DNA of 53,235 nucleotides, the filler included, from Sphingomonadaceae bacterium (GTDB lineage Bacteria > Chloroflexota > UBA6077), in assembly GCA_050261575.1 (NCBI GenBank). It is 3 parts of 3 records of this genome, joined end to end, with 100 filler letters (N's around TTAATTAATTAA, not from the genome) between each part and the next. Parts side by side here need not be neighbours in the genome. Positions count along the whole stretch, not along the records: positions 1 to 28,021 come from JBLNDL010000091.1; 2 more parts are not named here. One strand, given 5' to 3'. A program made the translations under genes and the position numbers. The notes beneath the pieces are model-generated. The model did no database searches, was not told where the DNA came from, and saw nothing but the letters and a program-made list of their open reading frames with translations. This document shows positions 18,272 through 27,106 of the stretch, in pieces; positions within the stretch are counted from its first letter, which is position 1, and each line of letters opens with the position of its first letter.

Positions 18272-18347
18272 GGTGATGAGTGACGAGTGATGAGTCATGA
18301 GTAGACCGGTGATCGCCACCCGCCACTCATTGCTCGCGACTCATCAC
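18272..18347. repeat. TGAYGAG heptamer repeats with an inverted arm
   Basis: gtgatga gtgacga gtgatga gtcatga ... ctcattg ctcgcga ctcatca. Confidence 0.75.
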
Positions 18348-19273
18348 AGGATTAGCCGCTCCACGATCAAGGCACCAAAGAGCAGTGCCAGGTACAGGAT
18401 GGAATACAGGTAGAGTTGGCGGGCAGCCTGGAGGGTTGCCCGTTGCAGCAGCACTATCGCATGGAAGACGAACTTGCTCCCCAGCAGCAGAGCCGCCACC
18501 AGGAACGCGGGTCCCGCGAACTGAGCGGGCACCAGGAGGAGGGTGGCGAGCAGCAGGAGCAGACTGTATAGGAGTATCTGTTGTCGCGTCTCTCCCTCCC
18601 CCCGAACCACGGGCAGCATCGGAACCTCCACCAGGGCGTACTCGCGGTGCCTGAACAGCGCTAAGGACCAGAAGTGAGGTGGGGTCCACAGCAGGATCAC
18701 CACCCCGAGCCAGAGGGCCAGGGGGGAGAGTTGGCCTGTAGCGGCCGCAGATCCCACCAGCAACGGCATCGCACCTGCGCCCCCGCCTATGACGATGTTC
18801 CAGGGGGTGGATCGCTTGAGCCAAAGGGTATAGACCACGACGTAGTAGAAGACGCCCAGGGCGGCCAGGAGGGCGCTGAGGGGATTCACCCCCGCCGCCA
18901 GGACGGTGACGGACAGAATGCATAGCAGGAGACCGAATGCCAGTGCTCTGGAGGGCTGAACCCTACCGGCGGGCAGGGGACGTCCGGAGGTGCGCGGCAT
19001 CAGCCGATCCAGATCGCGGTCCAGGTAGCAGTTGAGGGTGTTGGCTCCGCCCGCGGCGAGGGCTCCGCCGAGCATCGTCATCGCGAGCAGCTCCCAGGAG
19101 GGGAGCTCAGGCCGAGCCACCACCATGCCCCCGAAGGCCGTGAACAACAGTAGAGCCACGCTGCCAGGCTTGGTCAGTCGCAGGTAATCCACTGCACAAC
19201 CCCGTGCTCGATCCAGAATTCTGCTGGTAGTTCTGCTGGAGGTACGTTCCAGGACGCGGAGGACAGACCACAA
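18344..19273 (-). CDS. ctaB: Protoheme IX farnesyltransferase (heme O synthase); start uncertain
   Basis: YLRLTKP, NCYLDRDLDRLMPRTSGRPLP, YTLWLKR, WTPPHFWSLA. Confidence 0.95.
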   Translation of the reverse strand: MWSVLRVLERTSSRTTSRILDRARGCAVDYLRLTKPGSVALLLFTAFGGMVVARPELPSWELLAMTMLGGALAAGGANTLNCYLDRDLDRLMPRTSGRPLPAGRVQPSRALAFGLLLCILSVTVLAAGVNPLSALLAALGVFYYVVVYTLWLKRSTPWNIVIGGGAGAMPLLVGSAAATGQLSPLALWLGVVILLWTPPHFWSLALFRHREYALVEVPMLPVVRGEGETRQQILLYSLLLLLATLLLVPAQFAGPAFLVAALLLGSKFVFHAIVLLQRATLQAARQLYLYSILYLALLFGALIVERLIL

Positions 19274-19309
19274 GGTGAATTGGCAAGAAGTATGCCGAGG
19301 AGGTTAAAG

Positions 19310-22300
19310 TCAGGCTAGGAGGATTTGGTTCTGTAGCCGCCACATGCGGAGATAATGCCCGTCTCCCCGCAGCAGTTCCGCGTGGCGGCCTTGCTCCACG
19401 ATGCGTCCCCGTTGCAGTACCAGGACCTGGTCCACAGCCTCGAGTCCCACCAGCCGGTGGGTGACCAGCAGGGTGGTGCGTCCCCGCATCAATTGCCGGA
19501 GGGAGTGCATCAGCTCCTGCTCGGTGATGCCGTCCAGGTGGGCTGTGGGCTCGTCCAGCAGCAGGATCGGGGCATCCTTCAGCAGCGCCCTGGCGACGGC
19601 CAGCCGCTGCCGCTCCCCGCCGCTCAGCCGCACTCCGCGCTCACCGATCCACCCGTCTAGACCCTCGGGCAGAGACTCGAGGAGGGGGAGGAGCCGAGCC
19701 TGCGCGAGCGCCCGGATCAGCTCCTCCTCGGTTGCGTGGGGCCGGGCGACCAGGAGGTTCTCACGCAGGGTGCCGTCGAACAGGTGGGTGCGCTGGGAGA
19801 CCACTGCCATGTGCGCCCGTGCCTCCTCGGGATCCCACTCCCGCAGATCTCGTCCCCCCAGCAAGATGCGTCCCTCCTCGTAGTCCCAGAAGCGGAGCAG
19901 CAGTTGGATCAGGGTGGTCTTTCCCGCCCCGCTGGGTCCGACCAGTGCAATGCTGCTCCCCGCGTCCAGCCTGAAGCTCACCCCATCCAGGGCAGGCGGC
20001 TCGTCGAGGCCGTACCGAAAGCGCAGCCCGTCCACCACCAGGCCAACTGAGTGATTGGTGGTGAGTGATGAGCGAGGGGTGAGAAGTGCTGAGCGCTCGG
20101 TGCTGGGTTTCGGCTCCTGGACTCTCCGCGTCTCCGCGTCGACGCGTCTCCCCTCCTCCGCGTCCACCACCTGGAACAGGCGTCGGGCCGCCTCCAGGGC
20201 GCCGTCGAGCTGCTGCATGGCGGAGGGGAGCGTGGCGACTGCCTCGAAGCTTGCCAGGGCGGCGAGGGCCACCACAGGCAGGTACACCCCATCCATCCGT
20301 CCGGCCGACACCAGAGGTATCGCTGCCGCCAGCACGGCCCACATCCCCAGGTTGGAAAGGAGGCTCCCCAGCCCGACATGGAGTGCCGTGACCCCGGCCA
20401 TGCCATCCTGGGCCTCCAGCCATCGCCTCCCCAGTTCCCGTACCCGTTCAATCTGGCGACGCTCCTGCCCGAAGGCGATCAGGTCGGCCATGCCGTGGAT
20501 GCCGTCCACCAGTTGCACGCTCAGCTCTCCCCGCAGCCGTGCCGCGCGTGGCCCCAGACCTCGACTTCCGTAGTGGGCAAGGAGGGGGATGCCCACGCCG
20601 GACAGGAGCAGGAAGACGGTCAGCACCCAGGCCAGAGCGGCGTCGAACCGGCTGAGGAAGAGGGTGATCGCCAGACCCACCAGCAGGGCTACCAGCGGAG
20701 GCGCCACTACCCGAACGTAGAAGTGCTGGAGGGTGTCCACGTCGCCCACCACGCGGCTAAGCAGGTCGCCGCTTCGGTGGCCGATCAGGCGGGATGGGGC
20801 TAGGGGCTCCAGGGCCTCGTAGAACCAGGCCCGCAGCCGGCCGAGGATGCGGAAGGTGACGTCGTGGGAGAAGTACCGTTCCAGATAGCGGAACACCCCT
20901 CTGGATAGGCCGAAGAAGCGCACCCCGACGATGGGCACTGCGAGATCGGCCACCGAGGGGTGAAGGGCCGCGGCGGCTATCAGGAAGGAGGCGGTGGCCA
21001 TGAGGCCCACGCCACTGCCCACGGTGGCGAAGCCGAGCAGCGCCGAGAGGGCCATCCTCCCCTTGAAGGGGGCCACCAGCCGGAGGAGTCGGAGCAGGGT
21101 GCCCACGGCGCCCGGCCCTCCGATCGGGCGACCCCGAGGAGGTGTGGCACTTCCCGATTCCGGCGGCGCCGGGGGCGCGCCGTGAGCGAACGCGGCGCCG
21201 CGTGCGGGCTTCGGGCTATCCGGGATGGACGACGCGGGCTCCGGGTTGCGGGAAGCGATCGGCCGACCGCTGACCGCTGACGGCCGATCGCTTCCCATGC
21301 AGGCCTCCACCAGCCGTGCGTAGAGGCCATCCTTCTCCACCAGCTCCTCGTGCGTGCCCGCCTCGACGACCTGCCCCTCGGCCAGCACCAGGATCCGATC
21401 GGCCATACGGGCGGTGCTCAGCCGGTGGGTGATGGCTAGCACCGTCTTGCCCTCCATCAGCCGGCTCAGCGAGTGCTGGATGAGTGCCCCGTGCTCCGGG
21501 TCCAGGTGGGAGGCCGCCTCGTCCAGGATCAGCAAGGGCGCGTCCTTGAGGAAGGCCCTGGCCAGGGCCAGGCGCTGAGCCTGGCCTCCGCTCAATCGTT
21601 CCCCCCGTTCCCCGATCACCGAGTCGTAGCCCTGGGGCAGTTGGCGGATGAACTGATCGGCGTGAGCGAGCTGCGCGGCCTGGACCAACTGATCCGGGCT
21701 CGCGTCTGGTCGCGCCATACGGAGGTTCTCGGCTACGGTGGCGTGGAACAGGTAGGGGGTCTGCGAGACCCAGGCCACGCATCGCCGCCACTCCTCCGGC
21801 GGTATAGCGCTCAGGGACCTGCCGTCTACCAGGATCTCCCCCCGGTCGGGCTTCTGGAAGCCCATCAGCAGTTGGACGACGGTGCTCTTGCCCGCGCCGC
21901 TCAGCCCCACGAGGGCGAGCCGCTCGCCCCGCCGAACCTCGAAGGAGGCTCCCTGCAGGACCGGGCGCTCGCCGCCATCGTAGCCGAAGTGCACGTCCCG
22001 GAACTTGACGTGTGGGGACGGGGAGACGGGGAGGTCGGCCTCCGCGCCCCCGCGTCTTCCGGTCTCCCCGTCTGGGACCGGGGTCTCCAGGATCTCGAAC
22101 ACCCGGCGGGCAGCGGCGACGCCGGAGATGCCGGCGTGGAAGCCGGTGCCCAGGTTCCGCAACGGCAGGTAGAACTCCGGCGCCAGGATGAGGACGAAGA
22201 AGGCGTGCTCGAAGGATAGGGTGCCGTACAGCAGCCGCAGGCCCACCTCCACCGCCACGATGGCGGTGCTGACGGTGGAGAGAAGCTCCAGCGCGAGGGC

Positions 22301-23029
22301 CGAGAGGAAGGCCACACGCAGCACCCCCAGCGTGGCGATTCGGTATCGGTCGCTCACCAGCGCGAGAGCGCCGATCTGCTCTCGGCTGCGGCCGAACGTC
22401 TTCAGGGTGGTCAGCCCCTGGAGTAGGTCGAGGAAGCGGCCGCTCATCCGGCTGAGGGACTCCCACTGCCGTCGGGTCATCGCCTCCGCCATTTTCCCGA
22501 TCAGGATCATGAACATGGGGATCAGCGGCGCGGTGAGCAGAAAGACCAGCGTCGAGAGAAGATCCAGGGGGAAGACGAAGGCGAGGATGGTGACGGGGAC
22601 CAGGGCGGCGAGGGCGAGGCTGGGAAGGTACTGGCTGAAGTACCCCTCCAGCGCCTCGATCCCCTCCACGGCCGTGTTGGCCAGCTCGCCCGTCCGTTCG
22701 CCAGAGCAGTAGGCGGGGCCTAAGGTCAGCAGGTGGGCGAAGAGCCGCTCCCGCAGGGCGGCCTTGATCCGCCCCGCTGCCCTGTGAGAGGTGACCTCCC
22801 GTACGGCCACCAGGGCTGCCCGAGACACGATGGCGAGGAGCAGGAGTAGCAGGAGCGGACTCACCTGCTGCAGGGCCTGCCCTTCCAGGAAGACCCCGTT
22901 CACCACCCGACTCAGGAGCAGGGCCTGCAGGACCGTGGCGGCCCCGGCCAGCAACCCGGTCCCCACCGTGAGGACCAGGTAGGATCGGATGCTGCGGGCC
23001 TGATCGAGGAGTCGCTTATCCAGATTCAT
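19310..23029 (-). CDS. cydDC: Fused CydD-CydC thiol-reductant ABC exporter
   Basis: 1239 aa TMD-NBD-TMD-NBD. CydD motif LAPEFYLPLR, CydC motif RGVFRYLERYFSHD, two Walker A and LSGG motifs. Confidence 0.93.
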   Translation of the reverse strand: MNLDKRLLDQARSIRSYLVLTVGTGLLAGAATVLQALLLSRVVNGVFLEGQALQQVSPLLLLLLLAIVSRAALVAVREVTSHRAAGRIKAALRERLFAHLLTLGPAYCSGERTGELANTAVEGIEALEGYFSQYLPSLALAALVPVTILAFVFPLDLLSTLVFLLTAPLIPMFMILIGKMAEAMTRRQWESLSRMSGRFLDLLQGLTTLKTFGRSREQIGALALVSDRYRIATLGVLRVAFLSALALELLSTVSTAIVAVEVGLRLLYGTLSFEHAFFVLILAPEFYLPLRNLGTGFHAGISGVAAARRVFEILETPVPDGETGRRGGAEADLPVSPSPHVKFRDVHFGYDGGERPVLQGASFEVRRGERLALVGLSGAGKSTVVQLLMGFQKPDRGEILVDGRSLSAIPPEEWRRCVAWVSQTPYLFHATVAENLRMARPDASPDQLVQAAQLAHADQFIRQLPQGYDSVIGERGERLSGGQAQRLALARAFLKDAPLLILDEAASHLDPEHGALIQHSLSRLMEGKTVLAITHRLSTARMADRILVLAEGQVVEAGTHEELVEKDGLYARLVEACMGSDRPSAVSGRPIASRNPEPASSIPDSPKPARGAAFAHGAPPAPPESGSATPPRGRPIGGPGAVGTLLRLLRLVAPFKGRMALSALLGFATVGSGVGLMATASFLIAAAALHPSVADLAVPIVGVRFFGLSRGVFRYLERYFSHDVTFRILGRLRAWFYEALEPLAPSRLIGHRSGDLLSRVVGDVDTLQHFYVRVVAPPLVALLVGLAITLFLSRFDAALAWVLTVFLLLSGVGIPLLAHYGSRGLGPRAARLRGELSVQLVDGIHGMADLIAFGQERRQIERVRELGRRWLEAQDGMAGVTALHVGLGSLLSNLGMWAVLAAAIPLVSAGRMDGVYLPVVALAALASFEAVATLPSAMQQLDGALEAARRLFQVVDAEEGRRVDAETRRVQEPKPSTERSALLTPRSSLTTNHSVGLVVDGLRFRYGLDEPPALDGVSFRLDAGSSIALVGPSGAGKTTLIQLLLRFWDYEEGRILLGGRDLREWDPEEARAHMAVVSQRTHLFDGTLRENLLVARPHATEEELIRALAQARLLPLLESLPEGLDGWIGERGVRLSGGERQRLAVARALLKDAPILLLDEPTAHLDGITEQELMHSLRQLMRGRTTLLVTHRLVGLEAVDQVLVLQRGRIVEQGRHAELLRGDGHYLRMWRLQNQILLA

Positions 23030-23042
23030 GGGCGTGAAGCCG

Positions 23043-23081
23043 GTCGGGGCGAAGCACTCACCCAGCGCGAGTGCTTCGCCC
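23043..23081. repeat. REP-like palindrome between cydB and cydDC
   Basis: GTCG-GGGCGAAGCACTC-N9-GAGTGCTTCGCCC, 13-bp stem. Confidence 0.7.
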
Positions 23082-23087
23082 GCGCGC

Positions 23088-24101
23088 CTAGTACTCTAGC
23101 TGCTGTGTCCTGCCCACCCTCTCGCGGAACACCCAGTAGGTCCAGCCCTGGTACAGCAGGACGATCGGTACGAAGCAGACGGCCACGATCGTCATCACCT
23201 GCAGGGTGTAGGCGCTGGAGGAGGCGTTGTAGATGGTCAGGCTCCAGTTGGGATCCAGGGTGGAGATCATCACCCTTGGGAAGAGGCCGGCGAAGACCAT
23301 CACGGTCGCCATGGCGATGGTGAGCCCTGTCATCGAGAAGGCCCACCCCTCCCTCCCGAGTCTGATAAACGCCCCGGAGGCCACGAGGGCCACCGCGGCG
23401 AGAAGGGCGATGGGCGTGGGGTTCACCTCGCTCTTGCTGAAGATCTCCGTGGCGACGAAGCCAGCAACCACGAAGAGGGCCACCAGGAGCACCGTGGGCA
23501 GCCACAACCACCTGGCGGCGGAGCGGGCGGCCTCCAACACCTCGCCACCGGTCTTCAGACTCAGGAAGAGTGCGCCGTGCAGGGAGAAGAGGGCGACGAA
23601 CGCGACGCCTCCGAGCAGGGCGTAGGGGTTGAGCAGGTTCCAGAAGCCTCCGACGTAGTTCATCTTGGCGTCGATGGGCACGCCCTGGATGAGGTTGCCG
23701 ATGGCCACGCCCCACAGGAGGGCCGGCACCAGGCTCCCCACGAAGATCATCCAGTCCCAGAAGCCGCGCCAGGCGGGGCTGGAATCCTTGCTGCGGAACT
23801 CGAAGGCCACTCCCCTGACGATGAGCGCGAACAGCATCAGCACCAGCGCCAGGTAGAAGCCGCTGAAGAGGGTGGCGTACCAGTGAGGAAAGGCGGCGAA
23901 CATCGCCCCACCCGCCGTCAACAACCACACCTCGTTGCCGTCCCAGAAGGGGCCGATGGCGTTGATGACCACCCTTCGGCTGGCGTCGTCCCTGGCCACG
24001 AAGGGGAGGAGGGTGCCCACGCCGTAGTCGAAGCCCTCCAGGAAGAAGAAGCCGATGAACAGCACCGCGATCAGGATGAACCAGACGATGTTCAGATCCA
24101 T
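23088..24101 (-). CDS. cydB: Cytochrome bd oxidase subunit II
   Basis: ATG after GGAGG. LEGFDYGVG, IGPFWDGNEVWL, FPHWYATLFSGFY, RGVAFEFR. Confidence 0.97.
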   Translation of the reverse strand: MDLNIVWFILIAVLFIGFFFLEGFDYGVGTLLPFVARDDASRRVVINAIGPFWDGNEVWLLTAGGAMFAAFPHWYATLFSGFYLALVLMLFALIVRGVAFEFRSKDSSPAWRGFWDWMIFVGSLVPALLWGVAIGNLIQGVPIDAKMNYVGGFWNLLNPYALLGGVAFVALFSLHGALFLSLKTGGEVLEAARSAARWLWLPTVLLVALFVVAGFVATEIFSKSEVNPTPIALLAAVALVASGAFIRLGREGWAFSMTGLTIAMATVMVFAGLFPRVMISTLDPNWSLTIYNASSSAYTLQVMTIVAVCFVPIVLLYQGWTYWVFRERVGRTQQLEY

Positions 24102-24131
24102 ATCGATCCTCCAGCGATCGTGGAACACACT

Positions 24132-24205
24132 CAGGACTGAGGACTGAGCGACCGACTCCTCTCTTCTCAGCTCTCAGCACTACTCGGGACCACTCGGCAC
24201 CGAGC
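24132..24205. repeat. CTGAG-family heptamer repeats between cydA and cydB
   Basis: ggactga ggactga gc ... ctcagct ctcagca ... ctcggca. Confidence 0.6.
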
Positions 24206-24227
24206 GCTCGCGACTCTGCCCCCAGCC

Positions 24228-25595
24228 TCAGTAGGCGTGCGCCAGTGCAGCGGCTTCCTGGCTGTCGGTGCCGCCTTTCGCGTACTTTGCCAGGAGGTAG
24301 ATGTCGGCAACCATCAGGGCACCGTAGACCAGGGTGAACCCGATCACCGAGAGCAGCACCATGCCCGCCGAGACGGTTGGGGAGACCCCCTCCTGCGTCG
24401 TCATGAGACCGTAGACGATCCAGGGCTGCCGCCCCATCTCCGCCAGCAGCCAGCCCGCCGTGTTGGCGACGTAGGGCAGGGCGATGGTCGGGAGGATCAT
24501 CTTCAGCACCGCCGGGTGCAGCCTAGCCGTGCCTCGGAAGGAGTAGTACAGGCTGTAGAGCGCGACGAACAGCATCAGGAATCCCGCGCCCACCATGGCG
24601 CGGAAGCTCCAGTAGGCGGTGATCACCGAGGGGACGTAGTCGCCGGGCCCGTACTTCTGCCGGTACTCCTCGTCCAGCTCCTTGATCCCACTAACCTCTC
24701 CCTGAGTGGTCCCGTAGGAGAGGAGGGTCAGGAAGGGCTTGACCCGAATGGCGAAGACGTCCCGCCTGCCTGCCTCGTCGCCCCAGGTGAAGAGGGAGAG
24801 GCCGGCGGGGTCCTCGCTCTCCCACAGGGCCTCGGCGGCGGCCATCTTCATCGGCTGCATCTGGATCAGGTGCTGCGCCTGGGTGTGGCCGACGGCGATG
24901 ACGGCCAGGGTGCCCACGGTGCCGGCCACAGCCGCCCACCGGAAGGAGCGGCGAAAGACCTCGAGGTTGGCGCCCTTCTTCCGCAGGTGGTAGGCGCTGA
25001 TCCCCAGCATGAAGAAGGCGGCCGTGCAGAGGCCGGCGGCCAGCACATGGGGGTACTGTGTTTGGAGATAGGGGTTGGTGAGCAAGGCGAAGAAGTCGGT
25101 CATCTCCGCCCGGCCGTTGCGTAGGGTGTAGCCCACTGGGTTCTGCATGAAGGAGTTGGCCACCAGGATCCAGAAGGCCGAGATGTTGGAGCCGATGGCC
25201 ACGAGCCAGATGGTGACGGCGTGTAGGGCCTTGGGGAGCCTGTCCCAGCCGAAGATCCAGAGTCCGAGGAAGGTAGACTCCAGGAAAAAGGCCAGGAGCG
25301 CCTCGACGGCGAGGGGCGCGCCGAAGATGTCCCCCACGAAGCGCGAGTAGTTGGACCAGTTCAGGCCGAACTGGAACTCCTGGACGATGCCGGTCACCAC
25401 CCCCATGGCGAAGTTGATGAGGAACAGCCTTCCCCAGAACTGGGCCATCCGCTTGTAGGTCTCGTCCCCTGTGCGGACGTAGCGGGTCTCCAGGAGTGCG
25501 ACCAGGATGGAGAGTCCCAGGGTGAGGGGGACGAAGAAGAAGTGGTACGCCGTGGTGATGCCGAATTGCATCCTCGCCAAGAGAAGCTCGTTCAC
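24228..25595 (-). CDS. cydA: Cytochrome bd oxidase subunit I
   Basis: GTG after GAGGAGG. LARMQF..HFFFVPLTLG, EFQFGLNWS, QPMKMAAAE, EMGRQPW. Confidence 0.97.
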   Translation of the reverse strand: MNELLLARMQFGITTAYHFFFVPLTLGLSILVALLETRYVRTGDETYKRMAQFWGRLFLINFAMGVVTGIVQEFQFGLNWSNYSRFVGDIFGAPLAVEALLAFFLESTFLGLWIFGWDRLPKALHAVTIWLVAIGSNISAFWILVANSFMQNPVGYTLRNGRAEMTDFFALLTNPYLQTQYPHVLAAGLCTAAFFMLGISAYHLRKKGANLEVFRRSFRWAAVAGTVGTLAVIAVGHTQAQHLIQMQPMKMAAAEALWESEDPAGLSLFTWGDEAGRRDVFAIRVKPFLTLLSYGTTQGEVSGIKELDEEYRQKYGPGDYVPSVITAYWSFRAMVGAGFLMLFVALYSLYYSFRGTARLHPAVLKMILPTIALPYVANTAGWLLAEMGRQPWIVYGLMTTQEGVSPTVSAGMVLLSVIGFTLVYGALMVADIYLLAKYAKGGTDSQEAAALAHAY

Positions 25596-25671
25596 AGCCA
25601 CCTCCTCGTAGAGTAACCTGCCGCCAGCAACGACGGAGAGCGTGCACCCGACCCACGACCGGGTGGGCGGG

Positions 25672-26079
25672 TCAACCCTGCTCTGCCTCACGACAGTCGA
25701 TGCAGAGTCCGTAGAACATCGTGTACTGCCCCTCCACCTCGAACCCAGATTCCGGGGCGGGGGGCTTGGTGGCGTGCTGGCCCGATCCCGCGTCGAAGTC
25801 CCAGACTCGACGGCAGCGACGACACATAAAGTGGTCGTGGGAGGACACGTTGCCGTCGTACCTGGTGAAATCGCCGCAGTAGATCTCGAGGGCTAGCCCA
25901 TCGCGTTGCAGTCGGTCCAGGTTGCGGTACACCGTTCCCAGGCTGATGCGGGGCAACCGTTGACGGACCAGCAGGTAGAGTTCGTCGCTTCTTGGGTGGG
26001 ACTTGAGCTTGCGCAACTCTTCGAGGATGATGCTCCGCTGCCTGCTGCCCCTAGATCCGGTGGCCCTGACCTGCTCCAT
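25672..26079 (-). CDS. Fur family regulator, PerR-like
   Basis: HPRSDELY, ISLGTVYRNL, RYDGNVSSHDHFMCRRC, C-terminal GLCIDC. Confidence 0.9.
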   Translation of the reverse strand: MEQVRATGSRGSRQRSIILEELRKLKSHPRSDELYLLVRQRLPRISLGTVYRNLDRLQRDGLALEIYCGDFTRYDGNVSSHDHFMCRRCRRVWDFDAGSGQHATKPPAPESGFEVEGQYTMFYGLCIDCREAEQG

Positions 26080-26165
26080 GGGGATTACTCCAGCGCACAA
26101 AGTAGTAGTGCAGAAACCGGACCAGAGCGGCGGCGCCGGCCTGCCACAAGGCGTAATGAAGCGAC

Positions 26166-26210
26166 AATAGTAACTGTTCGCAGTATAGGAGGGGCATCGG
26201 CGGCTGTCAA
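26166..26210 (-). promoter_or_regulatory. Sigma70 promoter for the perR-cyd-cta-qcr block, with candidate operator
   Basis: TTGACA (26210-26205), 17 nt, TATACT (26187-26182). AT-rich imperfect palindrome AATAGT-A-ACTGTT (26166-26178) over the predicted start site. Confidence 0.8.
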
Positions 26211-26251
26211 GCCCTTCCGAAACCCAGCTCGAGGGGTTATGCTCTCAGGGC

Positions 26252-26282
26252 TTGCAGGGGACGTTACGTCACCCCTTATCCT
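26252..26282 (+). promoter_or_regulatory. MerR-type promoter/operator
   Basis: TTGCAG, 19-nt spacer, TATCCT. Dyad GACGT-T-ACGTC in the spacer, like TipA/Mta operators. Confidence 0.8.
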
Positions 26283-26305
26283 CCCCTCGAAAGGAGGCCG
26301 CAGCC

Positions 26306-27052
26306 TTGATCACGCGCAACTACCCGACCGGCCGGTTCGCCGCCAAGGCCGGCGTCACCGTTCGAACGCTCCGCTACTACGACCAGGTGGGGTTGCTGAA
26401 GCCCTCCTTCGTCACGGAGGCTGGCCACAGGCGATATACCGATCGGGATCTGATCCGGCTGGAGCAGATCCTCGCCCTGAAGTCCCTCGGCTTTTCCCTG
26501 GAGGAGATCCGCGAGATGGTGCGGGGCGAGTCGATGTGGCTGCCCGACCTCTTCTCCCTTCAGAAGCGGATGATGGAGGAGAGGAAGGCGGAGATCGACC
26601 GGGCGATTAGGGCCCTGGAGAGTCTGCAGGCTGCCATGGCGGCGGGCTGGGAGCTGGATTGGGAACTCCTCACCCTGGTGATCAAGGTGACACAACAGAT
26701 GCAGTACGACAAGGACTGGTGGATGCAGCACTACAGTGAGGCAGCCCGGCGGAAGGTGGAGGAGCGGGCGAAGGGCTACTCGGAGGAGCAAGCCTGGGCG
26801 GATGCGAAGCGGTGGCAGGAAGTGATCGACGGCATGAAGGCCGCCGCGGCGCGGGGGGACGACCCGTCGAGCCCGGAGGTTCAGGATCTGGCCAGGCGCT
26901 GGACGGAGCTGGTGGAGGAGTTCACCATGGGCGACCCGGAGATCGAGGAGGGGCTCGCCCGAGGGTGGTCCAAGGCGAAGGAGCGCCCGTACGGCCCGGA
27001 GGTGGAGGCCTACGTCCAGCGGGCGCTGGAGATCTACAAGGGGAAGAAGTAG
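26306..27052 (+). CDS. MerR family regulator with TipAS-like C-terminal domain (TipA/Mta-like)
   Basis: TTG after AAGGAGG. GVTVRTLRYYDQVGLLKP...GHRRY...GFSLEEI, C-terminal DPSSPEVQDLARRW. Confidence 0.92.
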   Translation: MITRNYPTGRFAAKAGVTVRTLRYYDQVGLLKPSFVTEAGHRRYTDRDLIRLEQILALKSLGFSLEEIREMVRGESMWLPDLFSLQKRMMEERKAEIDRAIRALESLQAAMAAGWELDWELLTLVIKVTQQMQYDKDWWMQHYSEAARRKVEERAKGYSEEQAWADAKRWQEVIDGMKAAAARGDDPSSPEVQDLARRWTELVEEFTMGDPEIEEGLARGWSKAKERPYGPEVEAYVQRALEIYKGKK

Positions 27053-27064
27053 GGCGCGCGGGCT

Positions 27065-27099
27065 GGGGGCGGGTCGAGCACCCGCCCCCTTCGTCGTTT
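27065..27099. terminator. Hairpin between convergent genes (REP-like)
   Basis: GGGGGCGGGT-CGAGC-ACCCGCCCCC followed by TTCGTCGTTT. Confidence 0.6.
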
Positions 27100-27106
27100 C
27101 TGAGGC

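Noticed and set aside
10331..18347. Short tandem repeats as a possible CRISPR array
   Set aside because: Units are 7 nt with no unique spacers, and no cas genes are present.
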